Position numbers and translations under genes: made by a program. This document shows, in pieces, positions 1 to 14,535 of a stretch of DNA of 64,000 nt; within the stretch, counting starts at the first letter, position 1, and the number at the start of each line of letters is the position of its first letter. Origin of the DNA: Ophelia neglecta (lineage: Eukaryota); NCBI GenBank assembly GCA_965285935.1, contig OZ260664.1, forward strand, positions 69,502,001 to 69,566,000. The letters run 5' to 3'. The notes beneath the pieces are model-generated. The model was not told the origin of the DNA, made no database searches, and saw only the letters and a list, made by a program, of their open reading frames with translations.

Positions 1-2749
1 CTCCTGGAAAGCGTTGAATTATCTTATCCACAAGCGACCACTTCAGAAGCAATCCGTTTGGTACATCATCCATCTACTTAAGTTGTTAGCAGACGTTTTT
101 TCACGGTCTATTTAAAGGGTTAGTTGCAGAGTTCTGTTCTTCGGATGTATCTCGCGATGATATTGATCCATTTGAAGTGATTTGAAACACCACCGCCTGT
201 TAAGCTTGTGTCGGGATCAATTTTTACAGCCAGTGTAGCACGTCTACGGACCATTCACGGCCCATTTAACAGATACTGCCCCTAAAGTGGAGACGCCGTG
301 TCTTAAATATTGGTATGCGAATCGGTTTGAGTAAGCCACAAGTGGTCTGATCAATCAGCGTATACTTTTTTGCTATGGCACGGAGGATTTGCGTTTTATA
401 TTGTGTTAAGTCGATTGTTTGTCGAAAAAAAGTTTTAGGGACTAGAGGGAATGGGCTAAGACCTTAAAAGGAAGCCTTTTTTTGTTCCAATGCAAACAAC
501 TGTGTAAGAATTGAGCTGTGAAACTTCTGACAAATACCATCTGGGGGTCCGTCATTGAACACCAGGTCTGTCAGAGCTGAATGGCATCATGTATTAATTG
601 GTCCGGGGGCTTGATTCTATTCGCATTGAATATCTATGGGCCTGCCAAAGAAAGGAAAAATACATTGTTTATCCTGAAAAGTCTGTTTTACTTAAAAACA
701 GTATTCCAATTTGCACAGTTCTATGTGTCTCGCGCTATATTTTTTGGTCTCGGATTGTATTTCAGAAAATTACAGACCAATCAGGAATTATATGGGAACA
801 ATTACAAGCACAGTGAAAGCGGCATGGCGAGCGCAAATGTGATATGTGAAATGCTAAGTTATTTGTGAACGTCAATGTCCAGGATACTTGTTAATAGGTT
901 TGCTAAATGTCTACTTTAAGCAAAAAAGTCCCACTCGTCCATCTTTGGGCATGATCAGAGCTTATCTATATAATGCCCAGGGTCAAATATGATCTCCTTA
1001 CTTCCCCGGGTGTCTTCAGGTTGATCAGTTATTTGTTTGAGTTAAGGCCTAGTATGGACTTAAAGTTTCGGTAAAATTGCATTTTAGTTGTTAATTAAAA
1101 TGTGTTATCTGAGCTTCGATCCTCTATCACCGAGGCCTTGTCGAGAGCAAATATTTCAGCGAATCTGGAACTAATTCAAATCAGCTTGGTAGGAGGGATA
1201 CTTATATGATGACCACATGTACCTAGCATATCAACATGCACATGTCTGTGTTTTTACTTGCAGGGTCTTGTGTAATACCTCTTGTATCTATTCGATAAGT
1301 TTCTTAACAAAACAGGCATTTCTCACAAAGCGCGTATTTCTTCCTTGTATTGATGTAATTCGATTTTGAATTAAAAAAAGTCTTGGCAAAAGAGTTACCA
1401 ATTGCATCAACGTGGGACGGCGTTGAAATACTTGCATGTAATCATCTCTTAAAGTATATATACTTTGATCACAGTATCTTCTTCATTTTTACTACCTACT
1501 GCCTTGGAAGAATTATACCATTGCGTTCCCTAGCATATCGGATTATTCATGGATGTTGGACTCGTTGCAATATGTTTCGTACTTGCGCTGGAATTTCGTG
1601 CCCTTGGTGTGTGTATTTTTCCTCCTAGTAGCAAAAATCAGAAGTTCCAGTTTCGATGCTCATTTTCACAGTTTTAAGGACTAATCGAGACGATTGCTTT
1701 AAACCATGTTGCTTTAAATCAATTTTATAACTACATTCGTGAGATTGGATCATGCTTTATTCTGTACTGTGCGAACCTTAGTCCCGTCTTATTCCAACTT
1801 GTTTCCCATCACACTTTGGGTATTTGGGCATGATCTCCGATCTGAATTGGACGTTTGATTTTCAGCTCACCAATACGTATTACCCACAAGAGGCCTCTTA
1901 ACATGTTCAAGAGGCGAGCGCATCAAAGACTAAACAACCCGGCAAATGGATTGAACTGAAAAACTAGCTGTAGATTTCTGCCGCCAAAATGTTCCAGTCG
2001 GCAATCCAATTCATGGATTCATCTCTTTTTTATCCCCGCGAGGGTCATCAAGCGATCGATTTGGTCTTCGGCCATGGTCCATTACCCACCTAACTCGATA
2101 AGTTAAAGTTGTCACTTTCAGTAACACTGACCCATGTTCGTGTAGGGTCTAAAACATTTTATGAGACGAAACGTGATATTGAAGTGTAATAGATGGAGTG
2201 CAAAACAGAATGGTGAGGACGTGTCGATTGCCAATGATATCGGAGAGCAAACAGGAAACATGAAGTGTGGTTTAAATAATATTATCGAACAGCTTGATAT
2301 ATTTATACAATGTGTAAACCTTTGACATGAACAACGTGACGCAACGAACGGGCTGAGTATTCTTTTGATAATAAATAGTCATAGCAACTAGAATACTTTC
2401 CTCAGGAACAGGTCATCATTCTTACATGTTACCATGAGAATTCGTGTATCTTTTGTCATTGCCCTTATATCGCTAATCCCTTTTTCTTATTCACACCCCA
2501 ATTTGTAAACAATTCATCTTAGTTGTGAAGATATTAAAGGTCATTCTGTTATCGACAAAGTTAATATATATTCTTTGCAGTAACATGTACCTCACATTTG
2601 CTCTTGAATGGTCAATTCATAAACTATGTACTATTTCAAAACGGGTGTTGAGAAGCTGAGCGATATTTAGACGGCAAAGCTACTTTAAAGAGGTCCACAA
2701 AAAACAATGTTAATTTATATTTCTGATTAGTCGTACAATTCAGCTAGTA

Positions 2750-2774
2750 GGGTTGGGCGAGGCGGGGGGTAGGG
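2750..2774 (+). other. Canonical G-quadruplex motif
   Basis: GGG-TT-GGG-CGAGGC-GGGGGG-TA-GGG; four G-runs with loops of 2, 6 and 2 nt in AT-rich DNA. Confidence 0.6.
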
Positions 2775-3049
2775 TGATGGTGGTTGGTGGGGGTGCTCGA
2801 TTTCGGAGGCACGGGGAATTAATACATCGTGATGATGTGCTTTAGCAACACGGTAAACATGTCTTAATAGATAGTTAAGTACATGCTTGATCGGGAGAAG
2901 ATCATGAAAAATTTATGCTATTGTAGATGTGTATAAACAAGCAAGTCACGTTCTCTTTTAACGGCCTTGCATCGCTGCAATTAGTACGATGGAACGGTTT
3001 ACCCTGTCACTTTGAAGGGTACACAACGGCAAAATCAAACAATTACTTT

Positions 3050-3530
3050 TGCTGATTGCTTGGAAATGGTTGTTTCCCATCAGCACAGCGCGTGTTTAGC
3101 GCGGAAGAAATCGCGCTTGATAGGCACGTAATTATGTCCGAGCGGGAATGCCTCGTCATACCATCATCTGTGCCAATAGTAATACAAACTGCCGGCGGAG
3201 TGTTTCCTTTATCCTCCTCTCCGTCCTTTGTCTATATACTTAACGATACCAATCTCCGGTCGCCAGTCAAATTGGAGCAAACTGTCATTTGAATGCTCCT
3301 TTTAGACTCCATCGCCACCAAAGTCTCTAGAGGAAACTGTGTTTTTTGGTTGTGTAATGGGGAAGGAAACGATGAAATAACTATCGCTTCTAAATCACAG
3401 ATTTTGTTTAAGCAAGTTTCATCAATGGCTCACAAAACCTCCGTGAGTAAAATAATGTGTGGCTGGGCCTCGTGGTGGGTAGTTGTAATGTATGCAATCT
3501 CTGCCTTCCCAAAACAGCCTTAAAAGATAA
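3050..3530 (-). mobile_element. Decayed non-LTR retrotransposon APE-endonuclease N-terminal relic
   Basis: About 160 minus-strand codons with only 2 stops; QPHIILLTEVL*AIDETCLN resembles the APE motif PDIIxLTETWL. In-register antisense ORFs 3056-3292 and 3293-3523 lie on the + strand. Confidence 0.35.
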
Positions 3531-6500
3531 TTGCCATCGCCACCAACGAATTGCTAAATATAACGGCCTCAAACGCTATTTAATGGAATTAAAACATTAT
3601 TAATCAAGACGTAAATAGACTTAACATACAGATAAACAAGTTACAACTTAACTGGGTAATTTTATGTATTAAGTCGAGATTAAAATAATGTTGATATAGA
3701 TGAATTGAGACTGAAGAAATATACTGAACTGAAATATTGAGTAATGAGCATAAGACACCAAATAATATATACAACCTTTTGATGAATTAATAGTTCATAA
3801 ATTAAACGAACTGTGGATGGGACGTTAATCTTAAGCGACACAGAAGCAAGTGTGTGACATACAAGATTAAATATATATACCCCAGATTAAATTTAAAAAG
3901 ATAATTTTTTCAAGTTGGTTGAAGATCACCAACTCATGTTTGATAATATCCACAATAATATTCCTCATGGTGACAGCTCGTAAGTTAACAGTAATAATAA
4001 AAAGAATAGTTTGGCAAATGGGAACTTTCAATTAATTTTCCTGGGTTTATTGGAATAGTGAATAACTCTATCACAAGACATCGGCTAGCATTTATTGGCT
4101 GAACTTAAACATAATTATTGTAACGCTAGATGTATAATAAATCTGGTGCAGTGCAAGAGAATTTGGATAGGTCTACGGATGAATATCCCAGCAATAGTTA
4201 TGATGGGGGATCATACAGAACCTTACGACATTTCTTTATAATTCTTATACCGGATATTAAGCCCCCCCCCAGCATACCCCGACATGCATACCTGTCCCGA
4301 GACCTATATTTTCGAAAAATTCGGTTTGTTATCCCCCCACCACCATGAGGTATTTTAATCATTCAGTGTCGGTAAAACCAACTCTAATGTTTGGTGGACT
4401 TTAACCAATATATACACACAATTGGCAAGTGGGCATTGCATTAAATACTATTCTTTTCAGGTAGTAATCGAGTTACAGAGCGTTCCATTATCGTCATTTG
4501 CAAGAACGTTTTAATGCTCGGTAGCGTCGGTCATACCAGGGATGGCGTCCTTAGCCTTTCTTTGTCACAATACTATATATTGCCGAGCATAGTATGCATC
4601 CCATAAGGCCATTATAGATGCCTATTTTAAGTGAGGCTTTGTCCACATTCTTTCAAGTTTATCAAAGAAACTAATGCTAAATAGTAAAAGGGTATTCGCC
4701 ACTTGTCTGCAACAGGCAATTTTGTCTCCCCTTTTAATGCAACAGGCTACTGTGGCAATGTCAAGAAAGTCTGAACGTCTGCAGTGTGGAACACGTTTAC
4801 CAGTTCTGATATGAGGTATAAATCTAGGCAAAGAGTCAGGTGTTGGGCCTCGGTAAATCACGAGCGGGTGATAAATCCTGGCCCAGCTGTGATCCCTATA
4901 AAGTCCTAAGACAAAGTGGATGATCCTCACTCTTCCTTTAAACATCAACCATGCATAATGTCACCATTCATCACAGGCTAGAGATTACAGTCAAGGACAG
5001 TGATGCCACAGTGTTCTTTGTGGAGCCTCTAAAGATCATAAAGGGAAACGCAAGCTTTTACCGCCTATTCTGTCGGATTCAAGTGTAGATAATTTTTGAT
5101 ATATTATGATGTATAGCACCCCTGAAGAAAAATCTTTACCTAGTCATTCAAACGACTAAATCTAGAAAAAAATCTTATGTAAGTTATTAATGACCCCGCT
5201 AAATATTCGAATGCTTAAAAAATACACACACAATATGTTGACTTATTTGTCTTGTCCCAGGATAATGTCAATAGTGGGTTTAATGATTTTCTATAAAAAA
5301 AATTAATACAGTGCAAATGTGTATTTCTATGAAGAAATGTACAAGAACCAGTAGTATGAATACTTGGAGGAAAAAAACTATAAAGGTAATCTGTACAGGC
5401 AATGTCCTCAGCGGAGACACTAGTTTCTTGGGTGTTTAGTAAAAAAAATGTCTTCACTATTTTTTATAACTAGTTATTCCTTTTTTTTGGAAAAACTGCC
5501 ACATTGACATGCTTCGTGGGGTCACTTCAAGGTTCTGAACATACACTGTTGTACGAAATATTGTAATATCTCTTGTGTTATTCATTATATTAGTTAGGTT
5601 TTCCAACATCAACGAACAATACATAATTACATTATGATTAACTTGATTTTTAAGTAAATGAGACGAGACCAGTGGTAAATCATGCATGTAAATGATATCG
5701 ACACGTTCTTTATTGATGTGTTTTCCCTTCAAGATTTTTGATATTAAACATGACATCTATGCTATTACACTACAGGCAAAACTAGTGGGAATGGACACAC
5801 GATCATAGGAGCGAAATCGTACCGTGTATTTTTTTCTTTATAGCGCACATGTCGATCCGGACAGAATGGGGACAACGGTAAAGCTAGCGTTGTCATCACA
5901 GTACATTATCAGTTAAACGCCTCAACTTAGATAAGCACATGCATGTCATCACTTATATTTCTAATGTATTTCTGAAAGTTCTCAAATTAAATTTTAATAA
6001 TGTAATAACTAAAATGTTAAACGTCACGACACAATATGGACTAGGCCGTCAAGGAAATCAAGGAAACGTTAAATGCATTGAGAGGGAGCCCCGGGCCTAC
6101 ATTTAAGATGAGAAGGAGTACATAGCATAGTCTCCATCTTGAAAAGAACCCTTTTTCCACTGATCTCTGGTTAAATATTTACTCGTTTCACGGGAAAAGG
6201 CTGACCTTGTGATCTTAAGAATCATCCCCCGTGGAGCGAGCTAACCATTCCAAGCTAAATTGAAATACAAGTCAATAGATGCATAATGCGTTTTGCCATG
6301 TAAGGTTAAAATAACGACTGATCACTAAATTGTCAACTTGTGTGCTTTAATGATAACTCAACTTGTACATCTTGTTGACCGTGATGGTCTGAATAAATGA
6401 TAACATCCTGTGCGTCGTGCGTGCCGATGGACAAAATCATATCCCATGGGATGAACAGGTTGCATAATCATGTTCAGAAGGGATAGTCGACCGGTTATTT

Positions 6501-6679
6501 TATAAATGTACAGGTTTAAGTATTGTTCCAGGCAAACCAGCTTACTTGACAGTACATTACAAACCATGTTCACCAGACACATTCGTTTGCCATCTCTACC
6601 CTACAGGGAAATGCCTTTCCTTATTGATGTCTACAATTTCGCCTGCAACATAGTTGTTCAATATTAATCTTGCATCATA

Positions 6680-6840
6680 AAAGTTCCAACGAGCGAGTAA
6701 TGTATATACCATGCTAGGCACGTCAGTGTCCGCCATTGGTATTATTGCCACTCGAGGCCGTTATGAGGAATTCAAAGACGTTTTTTGCAGCTTGATGAAT
6801 ACATTATATAAAATCGTATATGGAATCAGTTCCATGTCAT
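6680..6840 (+). mobile_element. Possible CR1-type ORF2 C-terminal relic
   Basis: TSVSAI...LYKIVYGI resembles SVTxML...YKIxNG of CR1 ORF2 C-termini. Confidence 0.25.
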
Positions 6841-8999
6841 TCGTTGTGAAACAAAGTGAAAAAAGCTACAATTTGGCAAATAATTGGCATAACTACCTTA
6901 CCCCACTGACTTATTTGACTTATATGGAATAATTCCCAAACATTTAACCCACGATTAATTAAAACAGGAATTTTGATTGCTATTGCTTTCCAAATAATTC
7001 TTGACATGGTAAAATGGGTAAATGGTTTCTTTTTATCTTTAATACGTTGTTCAAAGTAAATTGAAATTGTCTTTGTCTATTTTTTCTGGATCAAAGTTCG
7101 CAAATCCACCTATTTATATGTTTATATTGTATCACAAATAGTGCTTGGTGTTAAATCAGCTGATTTATGACCCATCAAACGGACCCTTTAGTTAGTTTGA
7201 AAACAATGCTGCGTTCTCAGAGTTAGTGTACTGTTAAACTCATCAAGTCGTTACAGGACTTAGCGTAGAAACGCAAGCAGTACACTCCATTAAAAATGAG
7301 CTGCCGGCTTTCTTAGTTACATGTAGGCCTATGGCAAAGAAAAGCACGAACAAGTTTACAAGAGCGGAAATAGCAATTGGCTCCTTGAACAAGATTTAAC
7401 ACCTTGGTGGATAAGAACTGTATCGGTGAAGATGGTGTTCATGCCAATTTGACATACATCATGTCGACAGGAAGGTTTCGCAAAAGGAGGGTAGCCGTGT
7501 GGCACCATGTTTCATTAGGACCACATCATTCTTTGTCGGACTTGGAGACTTCTGTTGCAGTTCTATCTTTTATTTTTTAAACGGTCTAGGATTAAAAACC
7601 TTAAACTGAATGTGCCATTAAAAAGAAATACCGTCGTGTGCGTAGCTATTTACATGCATGTTTTCACATCTCGTCTTATACAATCCGACAAAGGTCAATA
7701 ACGGTTTACTTAGTAAAGTAAAAAGGCAAGAAACCTGAAATTAATCAGACGCTTCTAGCTGCTAGCCAAATGGTATGTTGCAATAAAATTAGCTTCGTTT
7801 TCTTGAATCAGTGCATTGCTCTTTTTATTAAAAAAGGCTGTCCATAAGTTTATTTCCAAACAGGTTGTTCTAACTTTCATGTACAAGTCCACTAGATTTA
7901 TCTATCATCCCATAGGATTCGCAAAACACCCAAAGGTTTAACGTAGTGTATAAGGCCGCACTTCAGATCATCGGCAGTACTGTGCAATCCATCGTCAGTC
8001 ATAGGTGAATCCAGTCAGACAAGCCCAAATTCGAAAAGGCCTATAAGATTCGGCTAATTTCAAGCAGTATGCACTGGTGTGTTCAGCTTTTAAGGTATTT
8101 GGGTTCATATAAAATATTCATATTTGGCTAGCTACAAAGTACGGAGTATTGCTGATTGCTGCAGTATGGCGGGGTTAATGTTTGACGACTTCCGAAATGC
8201 AGTATGCGGTTATTTTTTAAAGACACTTTATGACTCTCGCTGATTACTTCGTCACCTTTATGTAGTTCTCACCGTAGAAAATGATTTTACGTTTTAAATG
8301 CAGTCTTTTTTTTTTTTGCTTATTTTTTATCAAACTTAAGACTCGGTGAGTTCAACTGTTCCCAACCATATCAACATCATATTATTAGTATTGTATGTAT
8401 GATACACAGGCTAGCTATGGATAAGTTTTGCCTATTGTTGCACATATTCAACTGTTACAACACTACTAGCAGTTACTTTGTTCTGATGGAATCACACAAG
8501 CGATAAGGACAGCAGAGATGTTCCTTACCACTTCCGGAATACATGAGTCATGTAGGGATATGATGCTGTAGGATTGAGAGAAAAAATATAATGTTTATTA
8601 AAATAACTCTTTATGAGACTATTAATTATCCATAGTGTTAACCAATATAATGAAGAAACGCCACTACAATAACTATTTCACATATACTCGTGGTACCTAG
8701 TGGCTTAGCAAATGAAAAGTGAAAAGGTCCTTGATCACCAACGACAGGTAATTTATTATATTATGCGAGGACACATTAAAAACTGTCTTAAAGAAATATG
8801 GCAGAAATAAAACATAGCTCAAAATGAAGCAAAATCTTTTGTATCTTGTTAATGTTAGCATGATTGTACGTCTATATAGGGTTGGAAATATGAAAGTTAT
8901 GCATTGTCATTTCTTCCGCGGAAAATTTATTACATTGTCGGTTATTAAGATTCATAACTGGTGATATAACTGACAACATCATCGCTGTGCCTCGCATAA

Positions 9000-9260
9000 C
9001 CGTGAGCTACGTGTCATCAAGACCTATCAATGATGTCAACAAAATCCCAGTATATTATAACGTGTCTTTACATCAGATTGTTGGATTTACCAGTTGGATT
9101 TTCCAAGTTTATTCACCAGAAAAACTTCAACGGGGCATAGATCCATTTGTCTGCACGTCCCCTGCAACAATATTTTGTATTGATAATGCTGCTACCAACA
9201 GGCCAGCAGTCCCATGACAGGATAGCTCAGATCATTGTCCAATAAAAATAAAATGTCTGT
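9000..9260 (+). mobile_element. APE endonuclease C-terminal relic (L2/Crack-like LINE)
   Basis: ORF 8987-9217 read through its stop gives TIFCIDNAATNRP..*..SSDHCPI; SDHCPI lies at 9227-9244 and matches the terminal IDxxxTN...SDHxPI motifs of APE. Confidence 0.45.
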
Positions 9261-9310
9261 ATAGCCTGCGATGAACTTTGACAAACATGCTAAAAAAACT
9301 GTCATGTCTG

Positions 9311-9540
9311 TTAATGAAACAGCATTTTCTTTAAGTTTGATGCATTATTACAATCAAATGCCTCATACCGCAAAATAAAAGTAGCAGCTGTCGTCTGCAT
9401 CACTGACAAGGATCGTGAACAAAAGTCATCTACATAAAATGTGCCTGAGTAGAGCGCAGTGCAATTTGGTTTATTAGCCAAATGCTTTAACAATCTCCTG
9501 ATTAGAGGCATCTGCTTTCAAATTAAATTGATATGAAAAC
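9311..9540 (-). mobile_element. BEL/Pao LTR-retrotransposon reverse transcriptase fragment
   Basis: LLKHLA...GTFYVDDFCS...ASNLKKM; FYVDD (9425-9439) followed about 30 aa later by an xNLxK motif is the BEL/Pao RT catalytic region. Confidence 0.55.
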
Positions 9541-12500
9541 GTTCATAAGCAAATTCACAACGAAGAGGTAATAGTATTGACATTGTCATAAAAAAGGATA
9601 GGTGAGCCTATATCTATTGGAAAAGTATATGCCGTCATACACCGTTCATGCGCATGTAGCAATCCGCTAGTATTACACTATGCGTTTCTGTCGAAGACCC
9701 ACATCGTACATGTTGGTTGGCTTAACAAACGAGAAAAGCAGACGCAGGGAACTATTTCACCATTCATTTATCATTTCCTTGATCGGAAATCTTAAGCAAC
9801 AATAACTCTCAGTTAAAGCCTAAGGTACATCAATCACAACTACCAAAACTGAATCCATGCATGCAGCAAAGTTAATGCGATTCAATATAAACATTGATGT
9901 AAACTCTCGACGAGTAGAAGTCAACTGCTTTCCTTGATGTCAGTCATGTTTTACCTCATATCGTGTGAAGCATTTATGCGTATGAACGGTTTGACAGGCT
10001 TGAACCAACAACCAATCGCATTTCCCTTGCCCTGTAGATTGTAATAAAATACAATTATTTATTGTTATTTTGTGTAAGGCATGCGGTGACGACATGGAAT
10101 AAACGTTTCAATCTCCAGCTCCCAAACAGTAAATATTAAAGTAATGCAAGCAAAAATTGAAATCAACAGTTTGCCATAATGCAATTCAGAATACAATACA
10201 AACGAGTCAGTGGTCAACGTAGGACATGGATGAAATAGACCCTTAGAGAGTCTATGGTGATTAAGTCTATGTCAAGACTTAGAGGTCAAATATAAAAAAG
10301 TCTTAGTAAACAAAACTGCCGCACTGAGTAACGTGCAAAACGGGGCCATGGTGTTGGTTACTATTCTGCCGAATATAGGGAAGGCAATATACACACTGCA
10401 AGAGAAGCATGTTTTTAATGTCTTTAGTGAGCAAGGACCTCCTTAAAAGAGGCCAGTTAATCAGGGACGCTTTTATTGTGACTGAACTGTTACATCTGCA
10501 AAGTAAGATTTTATATTAATATGAATGAAGCATATGTTCATGGCCCATAGCCACCGAAGAAGCGGAATATAGCATTCAAAGCTGCAGTCATTTATTGTGT
10601 AGCTGTTAAAACAAGGACTACTACCAGACCCTTCACATCTTCGGTACAAAATAGAGCCATCGATCGTATATTGACAATCCTTTAGTTTAATGACATCCAT
10701 TAAGGCGTGAGTCATGCTTTCATAAATTGGTAGAGTATTTAACTCTTGAAATGAAGTTTTTGATCAATGGTTGACCAAATGAGACACCAGACTACGTGTC
10801 TTGGGTTAAAATTAGACAGAAAAGCACAAACTATTATAAACTCTCAAAATATTTAGTATCGAATGGATACCCCGCACGCTATAAAACTTATGGGAAGTTT
10901 GGTATTGAAAATTTAAATCATATCTTTTGTCGGAAAGAAATCCGTGAAATTAAAAACGGTTTTCTTCTGTACGTCCTTCTTTTCCACTAACATCTTGTCC
11001 AACAACATACTGCTACTACACAAATTAAATGGACAGATTACGGCGATCTTCTTTTCAATGGCAACGATTCCTTAAAGTCAGTACAATGGACCTTACAAAA
11101 ATGCATCACATTTACTGGTGAGCTGTTTTTTTTATACATATATTTGGTTACTGGTAAATGATCGTGCATTATAAGAACAAAAAAACACATAAACATAAAT
11201 TATGTTTGTTAAATGGTGCATCTCTTTATTATGGGGGCGCTTCCGCGTGTCTCCATTGCTGTCAGTAATTTCATAAAGCCGCCCATCGTCACAGAAGCGG
11301 AAATGTCTACTCCCTAGCTTCTGGTACATCCATCCCCATGTTTACATAGGAACCTGAGGCTTTATACCTTAAACGATTTGATTTCCTGCTCCTTTCCGGT
11401 CTCAGAGTCTTGAGGAACCAATGGACTTTGAAGAACTTATTAATGACTATTGGATGCCTAGTCCCACAGTCTAGGGACACCTCCTGGCTTTTAATCAAAA
11501 AGCAGCCATTCTGCACCAACTAAGGAATACGCCGCCAACGAAAATCAACCATTTCCCAAGGACTCTCTTTGAATCCAGGACGGCATAGCGCTGCTTATCT
11601 TTACCAACCTCTGAACGACCTGTTGTGAGATATGCTTACAGGTGATTGAACATATTGTGGTCGACTGGCAGTTGTCACTCAGAGCCCATTAGAGGGCGTT
11701 GAGCGGCAGCTCCGTGTGTTTTGAATCTGTGTGTTCCTACGGACCTGTCCTTCAACTCCCCTAGTAGATATTCTGACCAATGGTATTCGAGAAGAGGAGG
11801 AGGAAGAAGACGAACAGGATGCATTTGAATTTTAGGGTTTCTTTGAAAGCGATGATAAGTTATTATCACATGGATTTTATATTGCAGAATCGTCTTCTAC
11901 CTATGATAGACGAAATGGGATTATAGATGGGAATCTGAGATGTGATCACTTCAACAAAACCTAAATTGCGATATGGGACCCCCAAACATCACTCTAGACA
12001 CCTCGTTTGTGTGGTTATTTGTATCATTGGCTTGATCATGATAAATGACTGCCATAGCAAGGCCAAACCTTATTTGGTATTTTATCTGCAATCTTTGCTG
12101 AGATGTAATGAAAAATAGATATTTCTGGAATGGCGACACTTATTTACATACTAGCATCCAACAGATACTTGGTAAACGGGTCAATTCATTGGCATCCACA
12201 CCTATATGGTTCAAAAGTCCGCAACATTGGCTGATGAGTAATGAACAATAGATGTTTCGGAATAGAAGGTACTAATGCAAATGATAGATGGGATTACATT
12301 GATTACATTGCATTTCGGTTTTGGGTGGATTTTGAAATATCAAAACGCCGATTAGAAACTGGTTACCTGGGGTGCACGATACGTTTTTTTCCGACTGGAT
12401 TTATTGCATGAAATTTAATCTATACATAAATGAGGAAGAAAATATTATGATTTTTTAACATTTAATTATTCGTTTGATGATATGTATACAAAGCTCTCAA

Positions 12501-14535
12501 TATAAACTTACTTACTTTCCGTTTGAATTGTATTAAAAATATAAATGGGCAACTTATTAAGATAACAATACAAATGCATGTTTCCAATGTTGTTACACTG
12601 TATATATCCTGTTTACCTTATGTCTGGCTTGAAACCAATGGCTGGGTGTCACTGCTGGTAACGTTAATACGATCCAGAAATGTTTTGAACACGTCTGACC
12701 TTATCTCGTCTGAAACATTTTCCTGGTCCTAAGTAGAAACCTGAGAAACCACCACCAACGCAACCTGAATTGTGTTCTTAGGAACATGTTCGCCTCAAAA
12801 GGCTAATAAGCTTACAATTGGGAACATTGGGAGTAGACTCCCCAAATCACCGTTAACACTAAAGTTGATGAAAACTGATTTAGCGAAGGCGTTGTTCATG
12901 CTGGTCAGACGTATATCCCATCGTCGAGAGGATTTGTTCTGAGTGATATGGCGCCGTGCATCATTAAGACCTAAGAAATGGCTTGTTGGTTACAGAATTG
13001 ACTGCCACTGGACGTAAGTAGAGATCCTGTTTATTCTTTCGTCATGTATATTATAGTGTAGCAGCGCACATGCATCGAAGTGGATCACAGGCAATCCTCA
13101 CAGTTTGTGTATTCGTTCCTATTGGTTCTATGTAATCTAGTTACTGTATGAACTGGATAGTTTGTTTGCCCTTTAAACCTGACAAAAATTTCATGTCGGT
13201 ATCTTGCTTTAAAATGTAAAGGTTCTTTCTGAATAATAATTATTTGTGTTCAGTGCAATTAATTCATATGTTGCTATGCCGATCCATATTTATGTTGGTA
13301 TATTTTAATTGCTGTAGGTATTTGTAAGTAGATATCTATTTTGCTAAGCTAAGAGTTGAAGTCACTTTAATCAACATGTTTAGCTTGGTAATATCAACAT
13401 CAATCAGACATCGGTTATTTTTGTGTACCAAACTACCATCACTGGCAGACAGGAGAATAGACACAAACTTTTACCTGCTGCCATGAAAAATTCTAATCGT
13501 AGCAGACCCGATCTCGGTCTCCTTGCCCTCTGCCCTAGTGCTGAAAAAATAGATTCATTAACCTTTTTAAATTTTCAATAGTTTGGTTTTAACCTATAGG
13601 TATAGGCATATCCATTTCTTTATTCATTGCATGTTTCTATTATTTATGTGCAAAAAAGCCCTCGCATGTATCAAATTAAGCGCGATTCTGCAATTCTTTT
13701 TAAAAATCCTTGTCTTGTCCTATTTACTTTCCGCACTACTAAGATAATATTTCCACGTGCTACTTGCCAACAGTATCTTGATTTAGCCAACAAAAATATC
13801 ATGCACCAAATGTCTCAACATAAAATGTTAAACCGCCTTTGAGGGATGTGATCATTGTCCACGTTATTCAGAAACACAGAACAGAGAAAATAAACCAGAG
13901 AAATATACAGTCCATAATAAAGCACCATAGAAAGAAATATTGATGTGTGGATGCAAATAAAGCATCGATTGAAACGCCCCAAGTGCCGAAGGTTCTGGCA
14001 CTCGGATTTCATATTGCGCCGAGCATATTTGGCCTAACACGCACACTGTTGTGATGTGCCATACAAGTCTTTTCCCTTAATGCGCATGTATCACGGGCAT
14101 CCTCGAATAGACTTTTTTACAGAAAAAAATTTAATTTCATACACGTGGCCGTCACACGAATCAATGTTCATGTATCCTGTTATTATGTCAAAGATTTCTT
14201 TCGCGTTATATCTTTCACCTTTCATTTAGAAGTATCTTCCAACTACCTATCCTGGCTTTTAGAAGAAGTGACAGATATCTTAGTTGTTGTATCAATAATA
14301 CTGTTTGCATTTTAGGAGCAGACCAACACTTGATCAAACTTTAAATGCAACATGACAGATGTCGATCCGATCGCGTGTGAGCAGCCTTCGAGACTTTGAT
14401 TCTAAAAAGGCAGACGCCATTCTTGTCAACGCATTGATATGGATCCCGAACTGAGAGCACAGGCAGCTTAAACTAAATATATACAACCTTTAATCTATTC
14501 TATATTTCCGACTTAACATAAGCTGTTCTAGTTCT

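Noticed and set aside
1-117. Minus-strand ATG at 73 (MDDVPNGLLLKW...) running off the window, with TTTAAATAG upstream
   Set aside because: Only 24 codons are visible, with no recognisable motif.
4622-5040. 108-aa ORF / HECT-like fragment
   Set aside because: No convincing conserved motif in any frame.
7400-7460. GEDGVHAN resembling the SGNH esterase DGxH motif of LINE ORF1
   Set aside because: A single short motif with in-frame stops nearby.
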